Assembly: GCA_965215065.1 (NCBI GenBank)
Contig: OZ244037.1
Location: 3,779,371-3,843,370 of the forward strand
Direction: 5' to 3'
Origin: Longimicrobiales bacterium
GTDB taxonomy: Bacteria; Gemmatimonadota; Gemmatimonadetes; Longimicrobiales; Gaopeijiaceae
DNA length: 64,000 nt
Position 1 is the first letter of the stretch, and every line of letters begins with the position of its first letter. Position numbers and translations under genes: made by a program. This document shows positions 1-10,300 of the stretch, one piece after another. The notes beneath the pieces are model-generated. The model made no database searches, had not been told where the DNA came from, and saw only the letters and a list, made by a program, of their open reading frames with translations.

Positions 1-369
1 CTTCCCGAGGAATCCGGCCCGTATCGCATCCGGGGGAGCGGCCAGGGAGGCCGGTCTCTGTTCTCGCTGGACTTCACGCCCGGCGGCGACGAGTTCGGCG
101 GCAAGCACTTCTTATTCACGATTCCCATCGAGTCCGAGTGGGCGGACTCGCTGGAACGCATCACGCTGACGGGACCGGAGGGCGTCGTGACCGTGGACAG
201 AGATGACGAGCGCGCGATCTCGGTGGTGACGGAGCGCGGGACGGGACGGATACGCGCGATTCTGAGGGACTGGGAAGGCACCCTTCCGGCGGCGCTGCTG
301 GGCGGCGCGGGCGAAACGGAGGTCGTGACGACGCGCGGGCTGACGGAAGCGGTGCGGCTCCGGAGGTAG
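1..369 (+). CDS. 3-prime end of a CDS that begins upstream of the window; hypothetical protein
   Basis: Frame 1 is open from nt 1 to TAG at 367-369; the track lists only 187..369. The tail ...YRIRGSGQGGRSLFSLDFTPGGDEFGGKHFLFTIPIESEWADSLERITLTGPEGVVTVDRDDE... has balanced composition and G/C-rich third positions. No family recognised. Confidence 0.45.
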   Translation, partial: LPEESGPYRIRGSGQGGRSLFSLDFTPGGDEFGGKHFLFTIPIESEWADSLERITLTGPEGVVTVDRDDERAISVVTERGTGRIRAILRDWEGTLPAALLGGAGETEVVTTRGLTEAVRLRR

Positions 370-403
370 ACGAGTCAGACGAGCGGCGGAGCGAAGCGGT
401 CGA

Positions 404-449
404 GCCCGGATGCATCGCCGCTCGAATGGCGGAGATTTTGTCCACGGGC
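404..449. repeat. Degenerate copy of the palindromic intergenic element seen at 41503-41549
   Basis: gcccggatgcatcgccgctcgaatggcggagattttgtccacgggc lies between convergent stops at 369 and 461. It aligns with the reverse complement of the 41503-41549 hairpin (shared gcccg start, gctcgaatg core, tccacgggc end). Confidence 0.4.
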
Positions 450-460
450 TGCCGAGCCCG

Positions 461-1357
461 TCAGTCCCGGTCTCCTCCCACCGTCGCGAGGAACCGCTCG
501 AAGAGGGCTTGCGAAACGGGGCCGACGCGACCGTCGCCGATCTTGTTCCCATCGATCTTCACCGACGGGCGAACCTCGGTCGTGGTGCCGCTCAGGAAGA
601 CCTCGTCGGCGGCGTAGAGTTCGTCCAGCGTAAAGGTGCGTTCCTTGACGGGGATGCCCAGCTCCTGCGCAAGCTCGATCACGAACCGGCGCGTGACGCC
701 GTGCAGGATGTAGTTGGACTTGGGCGATGTGGTCAGCACGCCGCCGAAGACGGCGAAGAGGTTGGCGTGCGAGCCCTCCAGCGCCATCCCGTCGCGGACG
801 AAGACGGCGTCGGTCACCCCTGCGTCCGCCGCCGCCTGCTGGGCGAGGACGTTGGGCAGAAGCGCGATCGCCTTGATGTCGGCGCGCGCCCAGCGCTGGT
901 CGGGGACCGTGACCGCGTCGAATCCCCGCAGCCACCGCTCCATAGAGGGGCGGCGGTACTCCTTGGCGAAACCGTATACCGTGGGGGCGACGGGCGGATC
1001 GGGGAAGGCGTGGGTTCTGGGCGCGACGCCGCGCGTGACCTGGACGTACACATACGCCACCGGGACATCGGTAAGTCCGTTTCTGGCCAGAAGCGCTTCC
1101 TTTACTCCCAAGAGCGAAGCGGCGTCGAAATCGATGCCGATGGCCGCGAGCCCACTTTCCATCCTCGCCAGGTGACGATCCCAGCGGAACAGGCGTCCGC
1201 GGTAGGCGGGCGTGACCTCGTATACACCGTCGGCAAAGAGAAAGCCCCGGTCGCTGACCGGAACCTTGGCCTCGTCCGCGGGAAGGTACTCTCCCCTCAG
1301 GTAGACGATGCTCACAGCCGGTCGTGACTCGCGCATGGCCCGTCGTGACTCGCTCAC
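461..1357 (-). CDS. Class IV (D-amino-acid / branched-chain) aminotransferase
   Basis: 298-aa ORF with DRGFLFADGVYE, EGSHANLFAV and EVFLSGTTTEV, typical of fold-type IV PLP aminotransferases. Three in-frame candidate starts (GTG 1357, ATG 1336, GTG 1315) arise from a 21-bp triple repeat. GTG 1315 (VSIVYLRGEY...) matches homolog N-termini best. Confidence 0.85.
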   Translation of the reverse strand: MSESRRAMRESRPAVSIVYLRGEYLPADEAKVPVSDRGFLFADGVYEVTPAYRGRLFRWDRHLARMESGLAAIGIDFDAASLLGVKEALLARNGLTDVPVAYVYVQVTRGVAPRTHAFPDPPVAPTVYGFAKEYRRPSMERWLRGFDAVTVPDQRWARADIKAIALLPNVLAQQAAADAGVTDAVFVRDGMALEGSHANLFAVFGGVLTTSPKSNYILHGVTRRFVIELAQELGIPVKERTFTLDELYAADEVFLSGTTTEVRPSVKIDGNKIGDGRVGPVSQALFERFLATVGGDRD

Positions 1358-1375
1358 AGCCCGTTGTGACTCCCT
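1313..1375. repeat. 21-bp tandem repeat x3 at the pspA/aminotransferase junction
   Basis: Units are cacagccggtcgtgactcgcg, catggcccgtcgtgactcgct and cacagcccgttgtgactccct. Each begins with the complement of a start codon. Confidence 0.8.
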
Positions 1376-2196
1376 CTCCGCTCCATCCGCTCGAACTCCT
1401 CGATGAGTTCCGCGTCGCGGATCGGCGTGCTCGACGCCGCATCGGCTGCGCTGCCGTCTTCCTCCTGCCCGTCACCCGCCCGCAGCTGCTTCGGCGCTTC
1501 CGGCGCGCCGGAGGGAAGGAGGCCCATCTTGGCCTTCAGCGCCAGCAGTTTGTCGTCGAGATCGGTGGCGGTGGTTCCCGCTTCGAGGCGGACGAACTCC
1601 TTCTCCAGCGTGTCGCCGGCCAGCGCCTCGTTCACCTCGGCCTGGGCCAGGTTCCGCCGTTCCTCTTCCTCGATCCTCTCCGCCATGCGGTTGAACGCTT
1701 CAAAAGCCGATGTGTCGGACAGGCCGGACATGGTCTCGTGGATGCGCTTCTGCGCCTGCGCCCGCTTCTGCTTGGCGATCAGCAGATTCCTCTTGCGCTT
1801 CGCCTCTTCGATCTTTTCGTGGAGCTGACGAAGCGAAGCCTTGAGGTTCTCCGTTTCCTGCTTCTGAGCCTCCCAGCTACCCCGCAACGCCTTCACGTGC
1901 TCGGCCTGTTCCTCGTGCCGGACCAGCGCCTGCTTGGCCATGTCGTCCCGCTTCTCCTGCACGGCCAGCACGGCACGCCTCTCCCAGGCCTTCATCTGCT
2001 TCGTCGCCTCGTCCAGCTGACGCTTGAGCTTGCGTTCGTCGGCGATCGCGCCCGCGACTTCACGCTTCGCCTTGGCCAGCTGGTCCCGCATGTCCAGGAT
2101 GATCTGGTTCAACATCTTTTCCGGATCCTCCGCACGGGAGATCAGGTCGTTGATGTTGGATTTGATCATCGTCGAGAACCGGCTGAAAATGCTCAT
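1354..2196 (-). CDS. pspA: PspA/IM30 family phage-shock protein A
   Basis: The 280-aa ORF starts MSIFSRFSTMIKSNINDLISRAEDPEKMLNQIILDM, the canonical PspA/Vipp1 N-terminus. The rest is a long coiled-coil-type charged sequence. ATG at 2196 overlaps the upstream stop (ATGA). Confidence 0.9.
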   Translation of the reverse strand: MSIFSRFSTMIKSNINDLISRAEDPEKMLNQIILDMRDQLAKAKREVAGAIADERKLKRQLDEATKQMKAWERRAVLAVQEKRDDMAKQALVRHEEQAEHVKALRGSWEAQKQETENLKASLRQLHEKIEEAKRKRNLLIAKQKRAQAQKRIHETMSGLSDTSAFEAFNRMAERIEEEERRNLAQAEVNEALAGDTLEKEFVRLEAGTTATDLDDKLLALKAKMGLLPSGAPEAPKQLRAGDGQEEDGSAADAASSTPIRDAELIEEFERMERRGSHNGL

Positions 2197-2600
2197 TCCC
2201 GACCTCCCTCCGCCGCCTGGGTCAGATCGCGGATCCGTGAAAGGTGCGAGGATGCGGCAAGCTGGACGCTCTCGAGCGACGCCCGGAGCTCCTCGAAGTC
2301 GAGGGTTTCCAGCTGAAGCGTGTCGCTCAGAATCAGCTCGCCCTCCTCGATCCCGTAGGCACCGTGGATCACGTCCGTCGCGTTGAGTTTCAGCAGCGTC
2401 TCGTAGAGCCCGCCGAGCCCGTCCGAGTTCTCCGGCAGGTCCATCACCTTCATGCGGACCACCAGAACCGGATCCGAGTGGTGGACCACGATCGGCGCAC
2501 CGCCGTTGTCCGTGCTGACGAGGAACATCCCGTCGTCCACCTCTTCGAAATCGGTGCCGAGACGAACCAGATAGCTTTCAAGGTCTTCACGGGTGACCAT
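2193..2600 (-). CDS. YbjN-like (putative chaperone / sensory transduction regulator fold) protein
   Basis: Start taken at internal ATG 2600, preceded by GGAAGGAGAAGG. The 135-aa acidic protein MVTREDLESYLVRLGTDFEEVDDGMFLV... resembles YbjN-family proteins. Family call is from memory, not a computed alignment. Confidence 0.55.
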   Translation of the reverse strand: MVTREDLESYLVRLGTDFEEVDDGMFLVSTDNGGAPIVVHHSDPVLVVRMKVMDLPENSDGLGGLYETLLKLNATDVIHGAYGIEEGELILSDTLQLETLDFEELRASLESVQLAASSHLSRIRDLTQAAEGGRE

Positions 2601-2714
2601 GGCCTTCTCCTTCCAAGTGTTGGGGACCCAAGTCGCGGGCCGAGTGTCGCGGAGCCACATGTTGCGGAGCCAAGCAGGTGAAAGCTAACACGGCCTTGGG
2701 GTCGGTGCCCGAAG

Positions 2715-2801
2715 GACTGGCTCGGATCGAAAGGCGTGACGCATGCGGCGATGGAGTCTACGGGGGTGTACTGGCAGCCGGTCTACACTATGCTCGAGCC
2801 G
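2715..2801 (+). mobile_element. Relic fragment of an IS110-family (DEDD) transposase gene
   Basis: Translation DWLGSKGVTHAAMESTGVYWQPVYTMLEP matches the conserved ...GVTHVAME(A/S)TGVYWKPV..LE block of IS110/IS116/IS902 transposases. Only about 29 codons remain: a stop lies upstream at 2679-2681 and the dsbA-like gene end lies downstream. Confidence 0.5.
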
Positions 2802-2814
2802 CGGCGCTTTAGGC

Positions 2815-3324
2815 CTAGTTTTTCGCCAGCTGTACGAGATCCTCCAAGGTGGCCACACCACGGTGGAAACCGCCGTACGAAACGAAGGTCGGGGTCGCGC
2901 GGACCCCGATTTCCTTGGCAACGGCGATGTGCCGTGCCAACCCTTGCTCCGTGCCCGGCGCATCCAAGCACTCGTTGAATTGCTTCAGATCCGTAACCCC
3001 CGCATCGCGAGCCAATCGGCCCCAATCGGTATCGTCCATCCACTCACGGGTGGACATGAGGATGTGGTTCATCTCATCCGCGGATCGCTGCGCTTCCGCG
3101 CACAGACTTGCCTTGGCTGCGGGCTTCGCCAGAGGGTGGATCAACTCGAGCGGGAAGTGCATGACGACCACGTCGAACCCGTTCTCGTCAGCACCCTGCT
3201 TGAGGACATCGTGCATTTCCCGGCAGTAGGAGCACTGAAAGTCGATGAACTCGATGATCGTCGGCCGCTCCGGATCCACCTGCCCTTCGGAAACCAGCCG
3301 CTCGAGGAAGGCGTGGGCCGCCAT
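2815..3324 (-). CDS. DsbA-family thioredoxin-fold thiol:disulfide oxidoreductase-like protein
   Basis: 169 aa with a CxxC active-site motif in IIEFIDFQCSYCREMH and the late cis-Pro region GVRATPTFV, typical of DsbA-like proteins. No obvious signal peptide. Confidence 0.75.
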   Translation of the reverse strand: MAAHAFLERLVSEGQVDPERPTIIEFIDFQCSYCREMHDVLKQGADENGFDVVVMHFPLELIHPLAKPAAKASLCAEAQRSADEMNHILMSTREWMDDTDWGRLARDAGVTDLKQFNECLDAPGTEQGLARHIAVAKEIGVRATPTFVSYGGFHRGVATLEDLVQLAKN

Positions 3325-3337
3325 GCGTGCGTCTTCG

Positions 3338-4471
3338 TCACCTCTGCTCGCCTTCGAACCTGACGATGTGGTGCGCTTTCGTCTCGGGCTCTTCTCGCGC
3401 CGTGTAGAAGACGCCCGGGGGGCCGAATGCAGTCGGGAAGCCGGGCGGATTCAAGCGCCGGGATTCCCCGGAGGCCATCGAGACGACGAAGACCTGGAAC
3501 TCCTCGCTGGATTCCGTCCACGCCCGCAGCCAAGCATGACCGTCCGGGTCCACGATGAGTCCCGTCCACCGCTGGAGAAGCGCCGGCTCCCGATTCCGTG
3601 GTTGCGTGTGGCCGCCGATGCTCAGCACCTGACGGTCGGAGCGGAGCTCTCCGAACTCCGGCACCTCCCACTTCGGAAGGGAAATCGAATCCGTCTGCAA
3701 CGTCGCCAGGTCGACCACCCAGAGAAACCGCCTTCCACCATCCGAAACGACGACGCAGTCCTTATGTCGCGCCCAGTAGGACTCTGCCTCCCTCTTGTTG
3801 AGCTGCTGACGGGGTCGATCTTCGTAGCGGGCGCGCCAGGGAACGGGGCGTTCCCAGAGGAGCTCACGGTGGTCGCGGTCCAGGCTTTGGACCCTCCACA
3901 GCTGAAGGCGCCGGCTCTCGGCGTCCAGCGAGTCCGTCCCGAAGATCATCTTCTCTTCGTCCACCGGACTTACGAACCGCACGCCGTTAGAGCCCGTTAT
4001 GGTCGGCAGCCGAACAGCCCAGCGAAACTCCCCTTCGGCATCGAAGGCCGCCAGGTTTCGGCGGTCGTAGACGACCAGATGACGTCCGTCGAAGGCCACA
4101 TGTCCCTCGAAGAGGTCGACCAACCACGTGACGGGAAAGGACCTGTTGAACTCGCCGGGACCTTCCCCTATCCGTCCGAAGGCTTGCCGCTCCTCCAGCT
4201 CTCCCGTGAGGTGGACGATGCCCGGCCGCAAGTGGTCGTAGAGGAACAGGCTGTCGCCCGCGGCAGCCAGCCCGCCGTAGGAGGAGATCCACTCCTCCGA
4301 CCCCGTCCCGTCGCTCAGACCGAACGTGTGGGTCTCGCGGTACGACTCGGCCAGCCAACGCGTCTCCCGGGCCGACGCTCCGCACGACATCGGCGCGAGC
4401 TGGCCTTGTGCCGGCGTGCTCGTGCACGCCAGCGCCGTGGCCACCGCCAGTGCTCGCGCTGCCGTCTTCAC
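3338..4471 (-). CDS. GxGPGEF-motif beta-propeller-like secreted/lipoprotein (family copy P0)
   Basis: Only the last 377 codons of track ORF 3338..7450 are taken. GTG at 4471 overlaps the uvrA stop (GTGA). Signal-type N-terminus [23 protein letters not shown]. It carries FGRIGEGPGEF, and its C-terminal pattern is shared with the paralogs at 23845-27815 and 52190-53387. Confidence 0.75.
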   Translation of the reverse strand: MKTAARALAVATALACTSTPAQGQLAPMSCGASARETRWLAESYRETHTFGLSDGTGSEEWISSYGGLAAAGDSLFLYDHLRPGIVHLTGELEERQAFGRIGEGPGEFNRSFPVTWLVDLFEGHVAFDGRHLVVYDRRNLAAFDAEGEFRWAVRLPTITGSNGVRFVSPVDEEKMIFGTDSLDAESRRLQLWRVQSLDRDHRELLWERPVPWRARYEDRPRQQLNKREAESYWARHKDCVVVSDGGRRFLWVVDLATLQTDSISLPKWEVPEFGELRSDRQVLSIGGHTQPRNREPALLQRWTGLIVDPDGHAWLRAWTESSEEFQVFVVSMASGESRRLNPPGFPTAFGPPGVFYTAREEPETKAHHIVRFEGEQR

Positions 4472-7353
4472 CGTACGCGGGCCGACCCCAGGAGCGGCGC
4501 GAGGTACTCCCCGGTGTACGATGCGGGCTCTTCGGCCACGCGCTCCGGTGTTCCCTCGACCACGATGCGCCCGCCGGCGTCGCCGCCCTCCGGGCCGAGG
4601 TCGATGACCCAGTCGGCGGTCTTGACCACATGCAGATTGTGTTCGATGACCACGACGGTGTTGCCGCGGTCGACGAGGCGGTGCAGCACCTTGAGCAGGA
4701 TCCTGATGTCCTCGAAGTGCAGGCCGGTGGTGGGTTCGTCCAGGATGTAGACGGTACTGCCGGTGGCCTTCTTCGAGAGCTCGGCGGAGAGCTTGATCCG
4801 CTGGGCCTCCCCCCCCGAGAGGGTCGTGGCGCTCTGACCCAGGTGGATATAGCCGAGTCCCACATCGGACAGCGTCTGCAGGCGGCGCTTGATCCCGGGC
4901 ACGGCGTCGAAGAAGTCGAGCGCGTCGTCCACGGTCATTTCGAGGACATCGGCGATGTTGCGGCCCTTGTAGTGGACGTCGAGGGTCTCGCGGTTGTAGC
5001 GGCGGCCCCGGCACGCGTCGCAGGAGACGTAGACGTCCGGGAGAAAGTGCATCTCGATCTTGACCAGCCCGGCGCCCTGGCAGGACTCGCAGCGCCCTCC
5101 CTTCACGTTGAACGAAAAGCGCCCGGCCTGGTAGCCCCGGATCTGGGCCTCGGGAACTCCCGCGAAGAGTTGGCGGACGGGGGTGAAGAGGCCCGTGTAG
5201 GTGGCCGGATTGGAACGCGGCGTCCGGCCGATGGGCGACTGGTCGACTTCGATCACCTTGTCCACGCCGGACAGCCCGTCGATGCGGTCGTGCGCGCCGG
5301 CCACGGCGCGGCTCCGGTAGAACTGCCGGGACAGAGCGCGGTAGAGCGTGCCGTTCACGAGCGTGGACTTGCCCGAACCGCTCACGCCCGTCACGGCCAC
5401 GAAGCAGCCGAGAGGAAAGGCCGCGTCGATGCTCTTGAGGTTGTGCTGGCACGCGCCCCGAACGGTGAGACACCGGGCCGCGTCGGGTCTGCGCCGTTTT
5501 TCCGGCAGGGGTATCTCGCGCTCTCCGCGCAGGTAGGCGCCCGTGATCGATTCGGGGTGGGCGCGCACCCGCTCCACGGGCCCTGCCGCCACCACCTCTC
5601 CCCCGGCCCGGCCCGCTCCCGGACCCAGGTCGACCACGAAGTCGGCGGCGAGGATGGTGTCCTCGTCGTGCTCGACCACGATGACCGAATTCCCGAGGTC
5701 GCGAAGATCCTGCAGCGTGCGCAGAAGGCGGTGGTTGTCGCGCTGGTGCAGCCCGATGGACGGTTCGTCCAGGATGTACAGCACGCCCACGAGGCGGCTG
5801 CCGATCTGCGTCGCCAGCCGGATCCGCTGGGATTCGCCGCCCGACAGGGTATCGGCCGAGCGGCTCAGCGACAGATAGTCCAGCCCCACGTTTCTCAGGA
5901 AGCCCAGGCGTTCGCGCACCTCCTTGAGGATCGGGCCGGCAATCTCGCCGGACAGCGGGCTGCCGGGCGCGGGCTCGACACCGCGGGGAAGCGTCTCTCC
6001 CGTGACGGGAAGCGAGCGCATGAAAGCGAGGACCTCGCCGATGGGCCGGTCCACGATGCCGCTGATGCCGAGTCCCCCGATCCGCACCGACCTCCCCAGG
6101 GGACCGAGGCGCGAACCCCCGCACTCCGCACAGCTCCGGCTCGACATGTACTGGTCGAGCTGTTTGCGCACGTGTTCCGAGCCGGTCTCGCGGTAGCGGC
6201 GCTCGACGTTGGCGACCACGCCCTCCCAGTAGTCTTCGTAGTGGCCGCGCATCTTCCCCGCGTTGTAGGGGAACCGGATCTTCATGCCGCCCGAGCCGTT
6301 CAGGAGCGCGTCGCGCGCCTCGACGGGCAGGTCGCGCCAGGGGGTGCGCGGGTCGAACTCGTAGGCGCGGGCCAGCCCCGGTATCACCGAGCCGCGCAGA
6401 TGTCCGCCGGGCTCGCCCCAGGGGATGATGACGCCCTCCAGGACCGAGAGCGAGGGGCTGGCCAGGAGGAGCGACCCGTTGACCTCCTTCGTGGTGCCCA
6501 GGCCGCCGCACGACTGACAGGCTCCGTGAGGGGAGTTGAACGAGAAGACGCGCGGTTCGAGTTCCGGGAAGCTGGACCCGCAGTTCGCGCAGGCGTAATG
6601 CTCGCTGAAGAGGTGGGAGGTGTCGCGACCGCCCTGCCGCTCGATGATCTCGACCACTCCGTCCGCAGCCTGCAACGCCGTTTCGACGGAGTCGGACAGA
6701 CGCGTGCGGTCCTCCCCGCGGACGACCAGCCGGTCGACGATGATCCCGATGTAGTGATTCTCGTAGCGGTTGAGAGGCGGGATCTCGCGTAGGTCGTGCA
6801 CTTTGCCGTTGACTAGAGCGCGGACGAAACCGTCGCGGGCGGCCTTGTCGAACAGGTCGCGAAACTCTCCCTTGCGGCCTCGCACGAGAGGCGCCACCAC
6901 CTGGATCCGGGCTCCCTCTCCCAGCGCCAGCACCTGGTTGACGATCTGAGTCGCCGACTGCCGCATGACGGGCAGGTCGCAGTCCGCGCAGTACGGCGTC
7001 CCGGCGCGCGCGTAGAGGAGCCGGAGGTAATCGTAGATCTCGGTCACCGTGCCCACGGTGGAACGCGGGTTCCTGGACACGGACTTCTGTTCGATCGAGA
7101 TCGCCGGAGACAGTCCTTCGATGGCGTCCATGTCCGGCTTTTCCATCAACCCCAGGAACTGGCGCGCGTAGGCCGACAGCGACTCGATGTAGCGGCGCTG
7201 TCCCTCGGCGTAGATGGTGTCGAAGGCGAGCGAAGACTTTCCCGATCCGGAGAGCCCGGTGACCACCACGAGCCGTTCCCTCGGGATCTCCAGGCAGATG
7301 TCCCTGAGGTTGTGCTCTCTGGCTCCGCGGACGACGAGTGCGGGAGGACTCAA
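4468..7353 (-). CDS. uvrA: Excinuclease ABC subunit A
   Basis: 961 aa with two ABC ATPase modules ([41 protein letters not shown]) and zinc-finger Cys clusters. TTG start at 7353. Confidence 0.98.
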   Translation of the reverse strand: MSPPALVVRGAREHNLRDICLEIPRERLVVVTGLSGSGKSSLAFDTIYAEGQRRYIESLSAYARQFLGLMEKPDMDAIEGLSPAISIEQKSVSRNPRSTVGTVTEIYDYLRLLYARAGTPYCADCDLPVMRQSATQIVNQVLALGEGARIQVVAPLVRGRKGEFRDLFDKAARDGFVRALVNGKVHDLREIPPLNRYENHYIGIIVDRLVVRGEDRTRLSDSVETALQAADGVVEIIERQGGRDTSHLFSEHYACANCGSSFPELEPRVFSFNSPHGACQSCGGLGTTKEVNGSLLLASPSLSVLEGVIIPWGEPGGHLRGSVIPGLARAYEFDPRTPWRDLPVEARDALLNGSGGMKIRFPYNAGKMRGHYEDYWEGVVANVERRYRETGSEHVRKQLDQYMSSRSCAECGGSRLGPLGRSVRIGGLGISGIVDRPIGEVLAFMRSLPVTGETLPRGVEPAPGSPLSGEIAGPILKEVRERLGFLRNVGLDYLSLSRSADTLSGGESQRIRLATQIGSRLVGVLYILDEPSIGLHQRDNHRLLRTLQDLRDLGNSVIVVEHDEDTILAADFVVDLGPGAGRAGGEVVAAGPVERVRAHPESITGAYLRGEREIPLPEKRRRPDAARCLTVRGACQHNLKSIDAAFPLGCFVAVTGVSGSGKSTLVNGTLYRALSRQFYRSRAVAGAHDRIDGLSGVDKVIEVDQSPIGRTPRSNPATYTGLFTPVRQLFAGVPEAQIRGYQAGRFSFNVKGGRCESCQGAGLVKIEMHFLPDVYVSCDACRGRRYNRETLDVHYKGRNIADVLEMTVDDALDFFDAVPGIKRRLQTLSDVGLGYIHLGQSATTLSGGEAQRIKLSAELSKKATGSTVYILDEPTTGLHFEDIRILLKVLHRLVDRGNTVVVIEHNLHVVKTADWVIDLGPEGGDAGGRIVVEGTPERVAEEPASYTGEYLAPLLGSARVR

Positions 7354-7356
7354 GGT

Positions 7357-10300
7357 TCAGTAGCCCCATTCCCGGAACAGGAGGAACCCCCAGATGTTCT
7401 CCAGCGCGAGGGAGGCGTCGCCCAGCCCCCGGTAGCGTTCCCGCGTGCACCGGCCCTCCATGAATCCTTGCAGCCTCACATCGCGCGGCATCCCCATCTC
7501 GATCCGCAGCCCGCCGCTGTTCCTCGGCAGCGTCGGATCGGTGCAGAAGCCTCTCTGGAACACGCCCGTCAGGAAGACATCGTCGAGGACGTACTTCCCG
7601 ACTTCGAGCTGAAGCGACGATGCGCCGAAGGCCGCGCTCGCCTGCCCCTCGGACCGTGAAACCGAGATGTGATCCACGCCGAGGCCCGTGGCGACGAGAT
7701 AGCTGATCTCGTTGGCGAACCGGCCCAGGAGCAGGTCCCGCCCCGCCCCGACCGATGCCCCGGCCTCTCCGATCAGGGCCGAAGTAGGACGCCCGAGGAA
7801 GAGGTAGTTGATCAGGTCCGCCTCGGACATCGCCGACTCGGCATCGCTGGAAAAGCTCGGGACGGGCGACAGGAGGGTGCCCGAAATGTCGGCGGTGATC
7901 ACGAGGGGCTGCCCTTCGCGGGTACGGAGCCTCGTCTCCGCCGTGACCGCAATGCCCGGGTTGAAGCCCGGGGTGCCCGGGAACCTGAAAACACCTTCCG
8001 TCAGCGTCAGAGGGCGCGGGCCCAGACTGTAGGTACCCCGCGCGACCTCCATTTCGCCCTGGAGGATCAGCTGGTTTCCGCGGCGGTCGAAGGTCAGCGT
8101 CAGGTCACCCGTCGTTTCCACGTTCATCTGGCGCGAGCGCAGGAAATTGCCCCGGCCCACGCGCATGTCGATCAGAACGCGCAGGTTCTGCAGGAACGGA
8201 ATCCGTTCTCCGCCGGCCTCGTCGTCGTCATCGGAGCCGATCTGCACGGTTGCGGCACTGAACAGGGCCGGGTCGTACAGGTCCACGACCTCGGCGGTGC
8301 GCTGGAACTCTTCCATGAAGACGGTGCCGCCCTCCACCTCCACGGTCCCCTCGATGTAGGGAAATTCGTAGGACCCGGTCAGCGTGATCGATTCACTGCT
8401 GACCGCAGCCTTCATGTCCGCCCGGTCCACGATCTGGAACCGATCGGTGCGGAAGGCCAGGTTCAGCGGCACGCTGTCGGCGAGCTGCCCCAAGTCAACC
8501 GTTCCCTCGACCTCCGCGGTGCCGTCGCCGGAAACGCCCGCTCCGGTGACCCTCACGACTCCGTGGGGGCTGAGACCCACGTCCGCTGCGACGGCGGACA
8601 GCCGGACTCCGAGGGGAGCCACCAGCGCGGAGAAGTCCTCCAGCCGGAGCTCGCCGTCGGGTGCCATGTCCGATGGGAGTCCGCCCAGCGTGACATCGCC
8701 GGTGATCGTTCCGTCGACCTCTTCGAGCGACTTCAGGGCACCCAGAACCATTCGGGCGGGGAACGAGTCGGCGGCGACGGCCAGATCCACCGGGCGGTCC
8801 GGCACCCTGTCCGCGACGGACGCCAGGCGGAGGTCCAGAGGCACGATTCCCTCGACCTGTATGGTGCGCCGGTGATTCGTCCAGCTTTCGAACTCGGTCT
8901 CGAGGGTGCGATCCGCGTAGGATCCGCGAACGGACACGCTGTCGAAGAGCAGCGTCTGATATTCCGCCCGGTCCACGCGAATCATCCCCTTCCACTCGGG
9001 ATCGTCTCCCGATCCCGTCGCATCGAGCGTCGCCGCCAGAATCCCGGTCGGCGGCGCGTCCATCTGGAGAAGGCGTCCCAACACTTGGAGATCAAGCCGG
9101 TCGGCCCGCAGCTGGAAGTCGGAATCGCTTCGGCCCCGGGACAGGCGGCCGTGCGCACGGAGACTCAGGCCGCCGAAGCCCGGACGGATCAGGCCGAAGT
9201 CCCTGACCTCGACGGCGTCAGGACCCCAGTCGAAGCGGGCCGGTCCCTGCAGATTCCATCGCCGTTCGTCGTCGAAGGCCAGCGTGAGGCGGTCCAGGTC
9301 GACTCGCCCTCCTTGCTCGTCGAGCTGTACCACGGCCTGCGCTTCGTAGGACTCGTCCTCCGCACGCCGGACCAGCGCACGCAACCGCCCCCGGTCGCCC
9401 AGGGCGAGATCCCCCTCGAGGGCGACGCGCTGGAATTCGCGGTCCCGGTAGGTGAGCGAGTCGCCCGTCACGGTGCCGCGGATCACCACGCGCGACGACG
9501 ACGGACTGTCGGCAGCGGACCGTCGGTCCTGCACGGCTGTCACGCCGCCCGCGCTCGTACCGGGATCGGCAAGGCTCATGCCGGTCACCCCGAGGTCCAC
9601 CCCCAGAGACCCGGCCGTGACGTGACCGTACTCGAGCCCTGCGAAGTCGACGGCGGCGGCCGCCGACAGATCGTCCAGGGCGCCGGTGAAGACGACTTCT
9701 CCGTCGACCCTGCCGTCAAAGCGGATGTCCCCGGCTCTCGGAAAGGTGTCCGGGTCTGCCCCGTCCACTGCGATCAGCAGATCCTGCTCGATGGGCGGCA
9801 GCTCGTCCCATGCGACCAGGTTCGGGCCCATGAAGATGTCGCGCAGAGGACGGATCGACGGCGACGACACGGACAGCACGACACCGTTCCCGGCGGCGTC
9901 CGAGGCGACACCGAGGCTGCCGCGACCCCGAACCGCAGTCCCTCCCGCCGCGGCGTAGACGGTCTCCACATGCAGCAGGCCCTCGGCGTCCACCCATGCG
10001 TCCAGCTCCGCGGAGTCCACCCGCAGGGGACCGATCGTGGAAGGTCCGGCGTCCAGCGCAAGGTTGCCCCGCAGGGACTCGCGGTCCAGTCCCCGTCCGT
10101 TGAGCATCGCTCTGCCGGCCACGATGGTCGAGTCGGGAAGCCGCGCGATGAGCCGTGACAGGTTCAGACCGTCGCTGGAGGCCGTGATGTTGTATCCGGC
10201 CGCAAGGTTCCGTGCATTGATCATGCCTTCGGCCGTCAGAGGACCGGCATCGGTTTCGAGGTCGACGGCGACGTTCAGGCGATCCATGGCGCCCCGGAGC

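Noticed and set aside
4408-6792. 794-aa plus-strand ORF, together with the similar long ORFs 7669..10158, 11994..14228, 37376..39691, 46510..48456, 49200..51035 and 58085..60598
   Set aside because: All are antisense to genes with unmistakable conserved motifs (uvrA, tamB-like, Omp85, EF-G-like, mutS, copA, and the aminotransferase/AstE-like pair). Their translations are Arg/Gly/Pro/Ala-rich low-complexity sequence, typical of shadow frames in high-GC DNA.
4472-7450. N-terminal ~990 codons of the 1370-aa track ORF 3338..7450
   Set aside because: This part is an alternative frame running through uvrA and is Arg/Pro/Gly-rich. Protein-like sequence with a signal peptide begins only at GTG 4471, which overlaps the uvrA stop.
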